A model generated the notes under the pieces. The model saw only the letters and a list, made by a program, of their open reading frames with translations, was not told the DNA's origin and did not search any database. DNA of 63,066 nt, the filler included, from Globobulimina sp. (taxonomy: Eukaryota), in assembly GCA_003354225.1 (NCBI GenBank). It is 17 parts of 17 records of this genome, joined end to end, with 100 filler letters (N's around TTAATTAATTAA, not from the genome) between each part and the next. Parts side by side here need not be neighbours in the genome. Positions count along the whole stretch, not along the records: positions 11,159 to 14,776 come from PIVH01002392.1; positions 14,877 to 18,494 come from PIVH01002393.1; positions 18,595 to 22,212 come from PIVH01002394.1; positions 22,313 to 25,928 come from PIVH01002395.1; 13 more parts are not named here. One strand, 5' to 3'. A program made the translations under genes and the position numbers. This document shows positions 11,159 through 23,239 of this stretch, piece by piece (position 1 is the first letter of the stretch; each line of letters begins with the position of its first letter).

Positions 11159-13917
11159 GGATTTGGTATCTGTATCATATTTAATTTTATCCACACGACA
11201 TAATAATTTGACTGTCTCCATGTTAATATCACTGATATCTGTGTCCTGTATGTAAGCCAATAACGGCGACACTCGATCTTCGCTCAATGTGCCCATATCC
11301 GCGTACAAAGCTTGCCATTTTAAGATATTATAATAAAAAGTCTTGAACCAATTCTCATTAATTTCCTGCGCATCATCTAAATCCTGCAATTCTTGTTTTT
11401 CTCGATCTGAAAACTGAGAGTCACGAAATTTCTCATCATCAGTGTCAGTAAATTCTTTTTGAATTTTTAAACATTCCCTCGCATATTTAATATCGTGTCG
11501 TTTCTTTTGAGCCCGTCTGCGTTCATATTGCATCTTTTCCCAATATACCTTAAACGCAGTGTAATGATTTGCATTTTCTGCATTTATATCCAGCGCAATC
11601 CTGGAAATATCTTGTTTATATTCGCCACCTTCCACACCCGTAGTACTCCATTTTTTAACCACATCATCAAACTCAACGTCAATAATATCACAGGGCGTCA
11701 CTTTGATATATCTGATCAACACATTATCGCCAATCTTATCCGCCTCTAACTTATCCAACTCGTCCTCCGGTTTAATACTCTGATCATTGATATTTGCGCC
11801 TAATTTGATCATAATATTAACTTCGCCCACATCAAATTTCTCCGACGGCACGCGATCTAAAAACGTACTCAGCGCAGTTCTTTCTGATCGCTTATCAAAC
11901 CTGAATTAATTTGCAATTGTTAGTAAATGGAACAATATAACTTCACAGAATGCAAACCTGTTCATTCGATATCCAAACTGCAACATTTCACTGAAAGCGT
12001 CCCAATCCCGCTTCTGTAGTACATTAACAATGTTTCTTTCATTGGTCCCGAATTTATCCCGCATTGAGTTAAATGCTCCAAAGAATACAGAACCACTTAA
12101 ACACGCAAAGGACCACGCCATGATCAGCAGCAATTTGGTGGCGTTGACTTCTCCCTCCAACTGACAATCGCACACAGTTCGGTCGCCACCGGTATTTGCA
12201 TTGCAAATTCTTTCTGCCCGGTTAGAAAGTTGCAAACAGTCCGCATAGCCAGGCCAGGCATGGCCGCTTAGATCATTGCCATAATACAAATTCCATTCAC
12301 TTTCAGCACAGTAATTCTTATAACATGCTACTATGGAGTCATCAGTGTAGTTTTTATGGAATAATATCACGATACTTACCCCGACCAAATACAATAATGA
12401 CTCGATGCGACGGAAAAAACAATATGAAACCGTCTGTTTTCGGTTATCTTCGCTGAAGTAGGTCGCGACCAAAAATTGGAAAAAGTTATATTTCCCAATA
12501 CTGGTGGCATAAAACACAAACGTGGTCACTTCAAAGACTAAGATGAAACCAGTTACAGTGCCACTCAACGAACACCAAATCAGTGCTAATATCATTAGGC
12601 GCGAGAAGACATCGCACATTCTAAAGCCATACCGGAATAAATAGGCTCGGTTAAAGCCGATATGGTTCCACATTTTCCAGCGAGACCATAGTATTTCATG
12701 CAACATGGCTTCGTTTGCGTTGTCTGTTGTGGATGCATATGGTTCAATGTCTGGATCATCATCACCGACAGGCACTGCTTTGAGTAATGTGTTTGCTGTC
12801 TTTGGTGAAACTAATGAAGGATCGGATTTCATTGAATCTGAATACATTCGGGCCAATGCTTCCGCATCTCCGGTTCCTTCATCTGTTAATTTATTGTCGT
12901 TTTTATCTGTTTCGGATGTTGATTGTACGTTTTTTTTCTTTCTTTTGTTCCATTTTAAACCCAATGATTCTGCGTTTTGATTGAAAAAAATCTGTTTTTT
13001 TTTATCAATATGAGTCTAAATAATATATTATGTATAAATATTTTGTTTTTACCTTATCATCAGATGTGAATCTTGCTGCTACGCTGAAGAATGAGAGACC
13101 GATACTGGACATTATTAAAGGCGAATAATCAGCGGTCTTGACAATATAAACCAACTGCAATCTAAGGGAGTGTGCAAGGATAAGATATATGGGCTAAATA
13201 TCAGAGAAACACATTAGAAACATACAGAGCTTGCGGTGCCTATATATTTTTATATTTATTTTTATATACAAATAATGTCACATATATATATTTATGGACT
13301 CATACCGATTCAAATATAGCCTCGAATTTCTGTAACCATCGTTGTAAATTCCCAGCTTCTTCTCTTCCTAATTTATGTGTGATATAAATTGCATTATAAA
13401 TTTCTAAATCCAGGAATTGGATGCAGGCTCTACCAATTTTACCAGTGAACTCCCAAACAAATCCAGCCGAAATAAATCGATATAAAAAGAATGCCAAAAT
13501 GGATGAGGCGAATAATCCCATCATATTTACACCGCGAACATCCTTTTTACCATTATATTCATCAAAGGCCTGGTAGCCCCAATCTACGATAATGCCAACA
13601 TCTGTACCAATATCATAAATATGTACCAATGCAGATAAATAAATTGATTTCATTCGCCATACTAATCGCATCCAATAAATATATCTCTTACATTTATGAT
13701 GTTTCGATGATTCTGTCTCAGATTCACGTAGTTTCATAACCTTCCAACCTTAATGGAAATATATGATTATATAAATATTGCAATTTTATCATGGTAACAT
13801 ATGGTAAAAGGTAATACCATAAACACAAACTACGATGAATATAATGAATGACGCCAATGAATAAACAACTGATGCAGCAAGCGACGCTGTCACCGTCATT
13901 CCAAATAATTTAGCCAT
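11159..13917 (-). CDS. Multi-exon XK-related-like multi-pass membrane protein (3' truncated)
   Basis: ATG at 13917. Spliced reading gives LVHIYDIGTDVGII...FEAIFES-APQAL-LQLVYIV, which is the XK-family ESAPQxxLQ motif, and FRMCDVFSRLMILALIW. Includes a 14-nt micro-exon at 13226-13239. Confidence 0.7.
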
Positions 13918-13995
13918 TATGTGGTTGGCTGTACAAGTTTTTCAAGTTTAATTAATTTTAAACATGTCCACTAAAAACGACAGAAACGTTCTTTG

Positions 13996-14776
13996 TTACA
14001 CGTTACCGTTTTCGCAATAAACAATAGTAATATTTTGAGGATGAACCATTCCTATTTCTTCAATTAGAACTATATCATTTGATTGTCCAGATGGATTTAA
14101 ATAATCTGTTGGCAATGAATAATATCTTTGTAATGGTAAATGTTGTGTACAATAAGTATGATCCCATTCCATTGTTACATCAGAATGTGAATGTGGTTGA
14201 CCATTACAAATTGATGGAATCATCCAATATCTTCCTAAATTATAACCATTTACATAAATAAACCCCTTGATAGCACCACTAATATCAATTGCCAATGATT
14301 CAAACTCTGCAGGATTTATATTGTTTGGGGTCTTGAAAGTACTGCGCCACCACGATAACTTCCTATGTATCCCATCAGTCATATTATTATTCCACGTTAC
14401 TTTGTTAAATGAATCCTTATCAAATAACTCCAAATATTCACCATATAATTTCCCTTCAGATATCCATCCAGAATCACTAATATCTTTATTATCCAACATG
14501 ACTTTTCCAACAATCCCTTTTGTATATGTCTGTTGTGTATAGCCTCCATTATCCATTCCCATCCCAGCTATTAACATTGCAATCTTATATTCATTGTTTG
14601 GCACACTATAATTATTTGCGTTAAATTTTATTTCAGAGCTTGTGGTCAAAGAAGTCATGGCCAATAATACGTGATTAGATATGTCATAAATATAAATATA
14701 TTGAAACTTCCCTACATTTGGAAATTGTAATGTGTACTCAGTATTTGCTTTAAATGATTGTATTCTTTCATCTGTG
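13996..14776 (-). CDS. GH35 beta-galactosidase, C-terminal part
   Basis: Motifs GMGMDN, KGIVGKVMLD, LSWWRSTFKTP, KGFIYVNGYNLGRYW and QRYYSLPTDYLNPSGQSNDIVLIEE. Confidence 0.9.
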
Positions 14777-14902
14777 NNNNNNNNNNNNNNNNNNNNNNNN
14801 NNNNNNNNNNNNNNNNNNNNTTAATTAATTAANNNNNNNNNNNNNNNNNNNNNNNNNNNNNNNNNNNNNNNNNNNNTTTCGTAATATTAAACTAGGAATT
14901 AA

Positions 14903-17900
14903 ATGATGTCGTCGTTTCTGAGTTTCTACCATATGCATATACCAATAATATTATTATTTTTCCAACTCAGTTCCACATCAAACATCACCCGGCAAATCCC
15001 AATAGAAAACAATGGATTTGAATTAGATGTAATCCAAGCGTCTGGGTTAAGAATACCAAACAATACCTATGAGTATGGCGGCAGCATAATATCGCGTTGG
15101 ACACACTACGATCCGTTTAATATTGCCAAACTATGGACGTTTGGCATAGCTAACCCAAGCGGAGGAATGTCGTTTACGTCACCAACCGAAACTGCTACAT
15201 ATCCGCCAACAGAGGGCACACAAAGTGCATATATTGAACTAGAGACAAAACGAACGGGTGAAATTGGAATTGTTCAAATATTATCTGCCTATGTCACTAG
15301 TATCACCACGTATAAATTATATGTCCGAGTTGGTAATCCCGCATCAAACACATGGTCAGATGCATCGAAAGATTTGGGCGGATATTCTAAGGTCGATGGT
15401 TTCCCAGGATATAGAATTGATTTATTAGCTGGTAATCGGACAATGGCATCTGATGACAATACATTATATACAAATGGCGATTTGCCCGATGGTATTTGGG
15501 CAAAAAGTGTAATTACAGTCACACCCAATGTAAGCAGCCAATATATTGGACAACAATTAGCCGTACGGCTGCTTAATTTAAATGGTGACGGCGGTGTGGA
15601 AGTGTTTTTTGATGATGTTGTATTGGAAGCAATTGGACCACGAATATTGACAAATATTACTGCGATATTCTCGGATGATTATCTCTCGGTATTTGTTTAT
15701 TTTGTATTTGATTATAATAATATTCAAGTGATGATACGTGACGATGCGATGCATGAATGTGGCAATATATTTGTTGCAAAAAGTAATGTTTTATTAGGTG
15801 CGAACGCAAATTGTATGTGGAAAAACGAGAGCGACTATAAATTACAAATTGATTTAGGTTCGAATTCGATTATTAATATGAATGATGAATTGATAATATC
15901 TAAAAACGCATTTTATTATGTCTTCGCAGACATTGTTTACAATTTAACTGAGAACATTGCAGTAAATATAGCAGCCGCAAATAATCCCATTCCACCACAC
16001 ATAATCGTTGATAATTTGCCCTCCGTTATTTCCATTTGTGATGATTTAATGTTAAATGCAGCATCGACGCGTGATTTGGGTGGAAGGGAAGCAATATTTG
16101 AGTGGCAATTTGTTTCTTCAGTACCAAATAGCTCAAATTCTTATTTAATTGATGATATTCTCTCCATGTATGGCGACATTGTGGTGATTGCTGCAAATCA
16201 GATTGATAGTGATTCGGTGCTAGGTATACAGTTATCTGTTTTCACCTGGTTCAACACCACAGAAACAACAGAAATGTTTGACATTTACAAATCGGATGAG
16301 GTCCATATTACATTATCTGGGCCAAATACATACAGTGTGACAAATAATAATTATAAACATGATTACATCAATTTTAATGCGATAATATCCTCAAATACAG
16401 ATTGTATGAAAGCAAATAACATCTCAATTATGTCAGTATTCAATTGGTCGGTGAGCTCCACTTCGTTGACTGACACAGCTTTAAATCAAATAGCAACATA
16501 TCTAAATACAGCGCATTCAGATCATGTTGCTATTGATACAGATTTAATATCCCCCGGCAACGATTATATATTTAATGTCACTGCAACCAAAACATCCTCC
16601 TCCGCCTCATTGAGTTTATATTATGAATACAGTGACATTGCCTGTTCCATCAACAGCGGTGGTGGCGACACCATGTATTTAGAGTCAATCACAAAGCAAC
16701 AATTCGTACACGATTATATTTTATATTTGGACGGTTATACAATGAGCTATGATCCAAATGCGATGACTTTGGATTACAAAACACATTTAAAATGGGATTG
16801 GCAATGTATTAATGTCCCATTTAATCTGTCCTGTACTGAATTATTTGATGATAACTCGCAAGTTTACAGTAAATATATTACATTTAATAATATTACAAAT
16901 GTTTCTGATCATTATCTATTTTCGATGCGTGTTTCTGATGCTAATAATCTAAACAGAGCTGCGTGCACATCACAGTTACATTTAATTATCGATTTCATAG
17001 CAAATCAAAATATCAATGTAAAGTACTTATCTTTATCAATTTCTGTGACATCAAATATTATAAATTCAGAGGATAGATTAAGAATTATTTTGTTGTTAAT
17101 CAATGACGAAATCGAAGGAAACAATGAATATTATAATTATGAATGGGTAGAAACGAATAATTTTATCTCAAAAAGAAAGTTAAATCGACTTAATATTAAT
17201 GATGCAGCAAATGGTAATTTAATATTAGAAGCTGGTGTATTACAAAAAGGATATTTATACAAATTCAAAGTAACTGTTACAAAATGGTCAGTAAACAATG
17301 ATGGAACAGCCGTGTTAATTGGAAATGGCGCATCTCAGTCCATTGATATTTACGTGTTAAAAGCACCGACAATGTCTCAGTTCCTTGTTTATCCGCCATG
17401 TAACAATCAAAAATATTCATCATTATTGGATTTAGTCAATACAAAATATTACATTTCAGTGAGCGGAGACAGTGATTATTTGCCTTTATTTTATCATTTT
17501 TTATATTATTTTGACTCTGACCCAGCGTATGAATATTCGATGCATAATTCATTATTATTCGAACCGTTTTTATTTGATATAATTTTGCCGTTTGGTACGT
17601 TTACGTTGAAGTCAATTATCTATGATTCAAAACAGAGCTCAGTTTCACAGGAATTGCCATGTGATATTTCCATAGAAAATGTTGATCGAAATGAATGTAT
17701 TTCATTTCAAAATGATATTGTAAATAATTTTGAGTCCGTATCAAATACAAAAATATTAAATCACATCTTTCAAATGACACCAATTTATTTGAGTTATATT
17801 GGTGACTATTACAGCGATGTGGTGTGTTTAGAAACAATTTTATCCGAAATGATAGGTGTTTATACCAGCGACATATTTACAAATTATAATTTTTGTGTTA

Positions 17901-18494
17901 ATGACTGGTCATTATTATATGGCCAAATATTTACAGAATATTTGCAGATATTAATTGCATTCGATTTTGTTCCATTCATATTTAGCGAGAATATGAATGA
18001 AATAAAATCAATCATATCATTAATATTGGACCCATGCAATGCGACATTAAGCATTATACATGATATTAATTTATTGTTTTTATCGCCAAACTCAATCATT
18101 GATAAAAATGTAGTCATTTTTTATGAAACACCACAAAATGATATAACCAATCAAATAAATCAAAACATATTAAGGTACGGTATACAGCAATTGTCAATAA
18201 GTCACTCTTTCGACGGAAACGGCACGATTTAGCAACTTTTTTGTTTACAAAATCGTACCGTTTCTGTGAAAAGCACCAATATGATGACGAAAACGCTTAT
18301 GAATCTGAAATATATTTGAGATCTAGAAATGTTTTCATTATCGAGAAACAGAAACATTGTAAACGTGCTTCTCAAATACTAACAATTGCTGTTCTGATCT
18401 TAAGTGATATGAAACATTCCAACATTTTATACGAATTATCCTCGTCGTTATTAACAATTATTGACATATTAAATGGTGGCGGTGAGCACGAAGA
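14903..18494 (+). CDS. Large secreted/surface REJ (polycystin-1-like) protein with N-terminal Stig-cyclase-like beta-sandwich (3' truncated)
   Basis: Signal peptide. Residues ~31-245 resemble cyanobacterial Stig cyclases. Downstream REJ-type motifs: PSVISICDDLMLNAASTRDLGGR..FEW, LDGYTMSYDPN..WDWQC, GNLILEAGVLQKGYLYKFKVTV, PLFYHF, LPFG. Probably continues via an intron into 18241-18494. Confidence 0.8.
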
Positions 18495-18790
18495 NNNNNN
18501 NNNNNNNNNNNNNNNNNNNNNNNNNNNNNNNNNNNNNNTTAATTAATTAANNNNNNNNNNNNNNNNNNNNNNNNNNNNNNNNNNNNNNNNNNNNAAGACA
18601 AGGAGACACCATCTGTCTTCGTTGCAGAATTCAAATGTAGTCCAAGCCGCGCAGTCAATGGAGTCATCCAATGTCAAATAACAAATTACGACACATTACT
18701 TAAGATAAATGAATATCTTACTGCTGGAGATGGTAAATTTATGTTTTTTAATTAAAAATGCATAACACAACCAGATAACACTTAGATTTT

Positions 18791-19927
18791 ATGGAATTGG
18801 TTTATCGTTCAATGCCCACAGTTAAAGATAGTTATCCTTCAATTGATAAGCTATGGAAAGTTAAAAATGTATACCTATCCAACATTGCCTTTAATGGTGA
18901 TTTTTGTATTCGTGCTCCAGTGTATCTCCATCATTATAACTTTGAATTTGGCATTAAAACGTTTGATACTTCGAGTATCAAAAAATGGTGGCCACGATCA
19001 CCAACGCAAACAGTCCAAATACCATCGTTCTTATCGGAAAATAACTACTCCATTGGCGATATCATAAACTTTCGCAATCCATTAAATTGTCGGGTTTCTG
19101 AAGGTAAAATTGTTGCGAAATTACATGATGAAAATTATAAAATACGGTATCAAAGGTATGATGAAAAGAACAATCCAACATTTTCGCATGAATTAACTGT
19201 GCATATTTCAAAAATATGTCGGAAAGATGTTGGCGACCAACCTCCGGTTCAAATATGTGACGATGCAGCAATGTATAAAAATTTATTGATACAACGCAAT
19301 GATGAACAAAGTATGAATATATTCGAAGCTATAAAAAGTTATTTTGAAATGTCAACGATAGATTATTGTACTGAGCTTTATGGAAACGACGAGTTCATGT
19401 TTCATTGGGAGAGTATGGCCGATTTTGTGTCTAAAAACATATTCGATTGTTTATTTGCAGCACAATTTTGTTACAAATTGGAGTGTTTGGTTGATGGCAG
19501 ACACCATCTGTTGGAATTATCAAATTTGAGAGTTAAAGATATTAAAAACGATTACGAAATGGTAAAACATGGAGTTGACAATGCAGAGATTAATATAAAT
19601 TCATTTGATTACATACAATATCACTGTGATTGTTGTAGGACATTGCTAATGGAATGGGATTATGTATATTCTTGTTTTGCTGCAGAGTGGGATGATAAAC
19701 ATGATTTTTGCTTATTATGTGTTGACACAGTCATTCAATTAAATCGACAGTTAGCTGACTTATTGGTTAATATATTAAATGGCGTACTTAATGTTGATTG
19801 CGTTCAAGAAATTGTTAACTGTGTTACTGGGAAAGTAATCTATATGGAATTGGAGATAAATGACAATAGGAAGAGGAAATTGGATGATGAGGATGCGCCA
19901 AATGCAAAGAAAAGGAGATTAGAATGA
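18791..19927 (+). CDS. Hypothetical nuclear protein with Tudor/Agenet-like segment and Cys-rich zinc-binding motif
   Basis: 378-aa ORF containing YSIGDIINFR...GKIVAKLHDENYKIRY, HCDCC...YSC...HDFCLLC and a C-terminal bipartite NLS (RKRK...KKRR). Confidence 0.6.
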   Translation: MELVYRSMPTVKDSYPSIDKLWKVKNVYLSNIAFNGDFCIRAPVYLHHYNFEFGIKTFDTSSIKKWWPRSPTQTVQIPSFLSENNYSIGDIINFRNPLNCRVSEGKIVAKLHDENYKIRYQRYDEKNNPTFSHELTVHISKICRKDVGDQPPVQICDDAAMYKNLLIQRNDEQSMNIFEAIKSYFEMSTIDYCTELYGNDEFMFHWESMADFVSKNIFDCLFAAQFCYKLECLVDGRHHLLELSNLRVKDIKNDYEMVKHGVDNAEININSFDYIQYHCDCCRTLLMEWDYVYSCFAAEWDDKHDFCLLCVDTVIQLNRQLADLLVNILNGVLNVDCVQEIVNCVTGKVIYMELEINDNRKRKLDDEDAPNAKKRRLE

Positions 19928-20079
19928 GGCCATAACTGACAATTTAACCCTGCTAAATAACGCATTTTAAAAATAACAAAAAAAAACAATTATAATTTAA
20001 TATTGCAACGCACACAAAAAATAGATTCATAGTCATTCCACTCATTTGCATATGCATTCTAACCAATTTTTGAAGCATT

Positions 20080-21243
20080 CTAACCACTGAGTTTCAAATC
20101 GTATGAATCAAGTCGTCGTTTTTTATTTTGGAATGCAAACTCATTTTCATTTTCTATAATATCATTAAATTTTCTTTTTCGATTGAACGATTTTGTGCGA
20201 TTTTGCAGTGTTTCCTGGTTATTTGTCAAACTATTCTCCGAATGCAAATTTTGTCGTTTTGATTGATAAATGTTATGTTGTTGCAACTTTTCAACTCTTT
20301 GTTTTATGATTTGACTTTCCGAGTGTTGAGCGGCAATCCCTTCTTTCAAAACATTTAATGCTTTTTTTATTTCTTCGATTTGGGTCAATGCATATTTAAT
20401 ATCGCTCTGTTTACCATATTTAATATCGTTATTTTTATCATATTTAATATCATTATTTTTAATATCGCTGTTTTGAGCATGCTTAATATCACTGTTTTTA
20501 GTATATTTAATATCACTGTTTTGGGCATAATTAATATCGGTGTTCTTACCATGTTTAATAACATTTTTATCGTATTTAATATCACTGTTTTGAGCATACT
20601 TAATATCGCTGTTTTGAGCATATTTAATATCGCTGTTCTTACCATATTTAATATCATTATTTATATCATCGTCTTCGTCATATTCCTCAACTGCGTTATT
20701 ATTATGTTTGATATACCGAATGATATTAACATTTTCAATTTGCGTTATTTGTGCATTATTGTTATCATTTTGTGGGCGCTGAAACGTAAAAGGGTCGTTT
20801 TGCGATGACTGATAAGAGTCATTTAGTTTTCTTAAATTATCAGAATTTAAATAAGTTTGTTGGTTTTGATGCTTTTCATAGTTTGTATAATTTGGATGAT
20901 TTGGATTATTATTATCGTTTTTTTGAAATTCATATATCTGTTCCTCATCTAACTCATGTTTCGGAATGTATTGGTTGTAATTTTGTTGATTATATTTGTT
21001 GATATTATTCTCATTTCTACTCATATTTGGCTGCGTGTTTGGAGGATTACGATGATTGCGATGGTTATTGCTCATTTTATTTAAGTTGTTTGTTGGTATA
21101 TTTCTATTATTTGCATATTTATTATAAGATTCGTGTTTGTTGTTATTATTAGTATTATTATTCCACGAATATACATTATCACCGAATCCAAAGGTATTCA
21201 TATTGGAATCTATTAAAGTTTTTGATTGATAATTTTGTATCAA
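20080..21243 (-). CDS. Asn-rich low-complexity protein with 8-aa tandem repeats
   Basis: 387-aa ORF with NSDIKYAQ-type repeats, a coiled coil and a C-terminal NLS. Confidence 0.6.
   Translation of the reverse strand: MIQNYQSKTLIDSNMNTFGFGDNVYSWNNNTNNNNKHESYNKYANNRNIPTNNLNKMSNNHRNHRNPPNTQPNMSRNENNINKYNQQNYNQYIPKHELDEEQIYEFQKNDNNNPNHPNYTNYEKHQNQQTYLNSDNLRKLNDSYQSSQNDPFTFQRPQNDNNNAQITQIENVNIIRYIKHNNNAVEEYDEDDDINNDIKYGKNSDIKYAQNSDIKYAQNSDIKYDKNVIKHGKNTDINYAQNSDIKYTKNSDIKHAQNSDIKNNDIKYDKNNDIKYGKQSDIKYALTQIEEIKKALNVLKEGIAAQHSESQIIKQRVEKLQQHNIYQSKRQNLHSENSLTNNQETLQNRTKSFNRKRKFNDIIENENEFAFQNKKRRLDSYDLKLSG
20385..20660. repeat. 24-nt coding tandem repeat (~11 units)
   Basis: Units like 'tttaatatcgctgttttgagcata' recur with a 24-nt period and encode (N/S)DIKY. 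Confidence 0.85.
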
Positions 21244-21687
21244 AGTATATGGATTGGATTAACTGTTTGTTTGCGGCTTTCGTTGTTGGCGAAAATTCAT
21301 TAAATTACTCTGGACAAATGTTGTGATACACGTTGTAGATTACTTGTACAAAGGAGCAAGTTGACGAGCGGATGAGTAGAGTCAGATTGAAAAAGAGAAA
21401 ATGTAGTAAAGTTTTTTTGTTGATGCGGATAAACACAATAAACGCTGTACAACATGTCTATTATACTGGTTGTAATACGTATGATTACACTGTCATTAGC
21501 AATAAAAATAACAATATGTGTGGTTTTAAGGAACGGTGGATAATGGCGTGTAATCATAAGGACTTTGAAAAATATTATGCGAAAAACAACATTCTGACGG
21601 TTTTAGCAATTACTTGATATATAATAGCTGCATATGTGACTATAGCTAGCGCCTAAAAACTGTACATTACGTGAAATGAAGCATATC

Positions 21688-22194
21688 TTAATGATGTTGG
21701 GTATTTCCAACACCTTCGCTTTGTCTATCATTTTGATTATTGCTTGTTTTTAAATCTTGTATATGTTTTAATAAATTCTTTTTATCCTTGTAATCATTAA
21801 TACCCATTCGATGAATATCATTCATATCAAATTCAACGATACATTGTCCGTCGATATTTTCATTATTCATATTTTCTCTCAATGTCCCTTCATACTTTAA
21901 ATATTTTTTATTCTCCAAAGTTATAATCCAATCCGTGATATCATTGGCATCCCACATTAAATAATTTGTTGCCTCCATTTTTTTCTCTTTTTGCAATAAT
22001 TCATATTTTAATTTATATTCATTTCGTTCTAATTCCAATTCTTTTTGATCGTCCATCAATTTATTGTTCATTTTCTTCAATTCTTGAATCTCTTTTTCTT
22101 GCTTCATATAATTTGATAGAAATTCTTGAATCTCTTTTTTTTGTTTAATTCGATTCGATTTGGTCTGTTTCATCAAATCATTTTTTTCTGTCAT
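21688..22194 (-). CDS. Coiled-coil protein with C-terminal SAM domain (probably 5' truncated)
   Basis: SAM consensus WDANDITDWI...YLKYEGTLRENMNNENIDGQCI...IHRMGINDYKDKKNLLKHIQDL. Confidence 0.8.
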   Translation of the reverse strand: MTEKNDLMKQTKSNRIKQKKEIQEFLSNYMKQEKEIQELKKMNNKLMDDQKELELERNEYKLKYELLQKEKKMEATNYLMWDANDITDWIITLENKKYLKYEGTLRENMNNENIDGQCIVEFDMNDIHRMGINDYKDKKNLLKHIQDLKTSNNQNDRQSEGVGNTQHH

Positions 22195-23239
22195 TAATTT
22201 ACTGTTTGTTTCNNNNNNNNNNNNNNNNNNNNNNNNNNNNNNNNNNNNNNNNNNNNTTAATTAATTAANNNNNNNNNNNNNNNNNNNNNNNNNNNNNNNN
22301 NNNNNNNNNNNNAAAAAGTATTGATACTAAACGTAAACAAGGAAGAGCATTGATTTTAGAATGTGGCATTCAAGGTGATAATGGATGGTATATTACCGGT
22401 ATAAATGATGAAAATATTAACAAATATTCAAGACCGGCAGTACAACAGATATTAGATAAATTGTTGCCTGATATGAATTTGAACCATCATCACTTTGTGC
22501 ATGCAACTAGCAATCAAAAGCATAAATAACGATGAATAACAATAACACGGCTGATACAAAGCTATCGCCACAACTTGGTAGCAATAATAAGCATAATATA
22601 TTTGATTCAATAGAAATCCAACCAGCACGAAACTATACTGTTTATCGTAGACAAACAAATGTTTCTATGTTAATTATGCGCTTAACAAAATACAACGTAC
22701 AAAACTTTGCAGTGAACTTGAAGTTTTTGTGTATTTTTCGCTTTACCTCCACAGAGCATAACCACAAAAACACTTTCCACAAGAACACTACCACCACAAG
22801 CTATCATTCGAATGAAATAGAATTATGATGCTTACGATAGCAGCATTGACGATATAGGGAATCAGCGCATGGATACTGGCAGAAAGTGTTGGAAAAAGAG
22901 CTCGTAGTCGGAGGATATGCATGGTAGTGATAATGGGAAGAATAATACTAAAGAAGGAAGAAAACAACGGTTTGTTCGGTGTTTTTATACTCTATCCTTT
23001 ATATTCTATCCTTTCACGGTTTGCTGACTTGGAAACTTTCGTGCTAAAGTTTGGCGTGGGTCAGCATAACCTTTTGGGGGCTTAATAGTATCGGCTGTTA
23101 TTTGTGTTAAATAACAGGTGCCGAGTAGCCCGAGTTGGACGTCATTGACGGTGGAATGATACAATAAGTATTCGAGACCCACCTAGATGTTAATGAGAGA
23201 TTATTTATTTTAAAATATTTAAATAATAAAACAATGATT

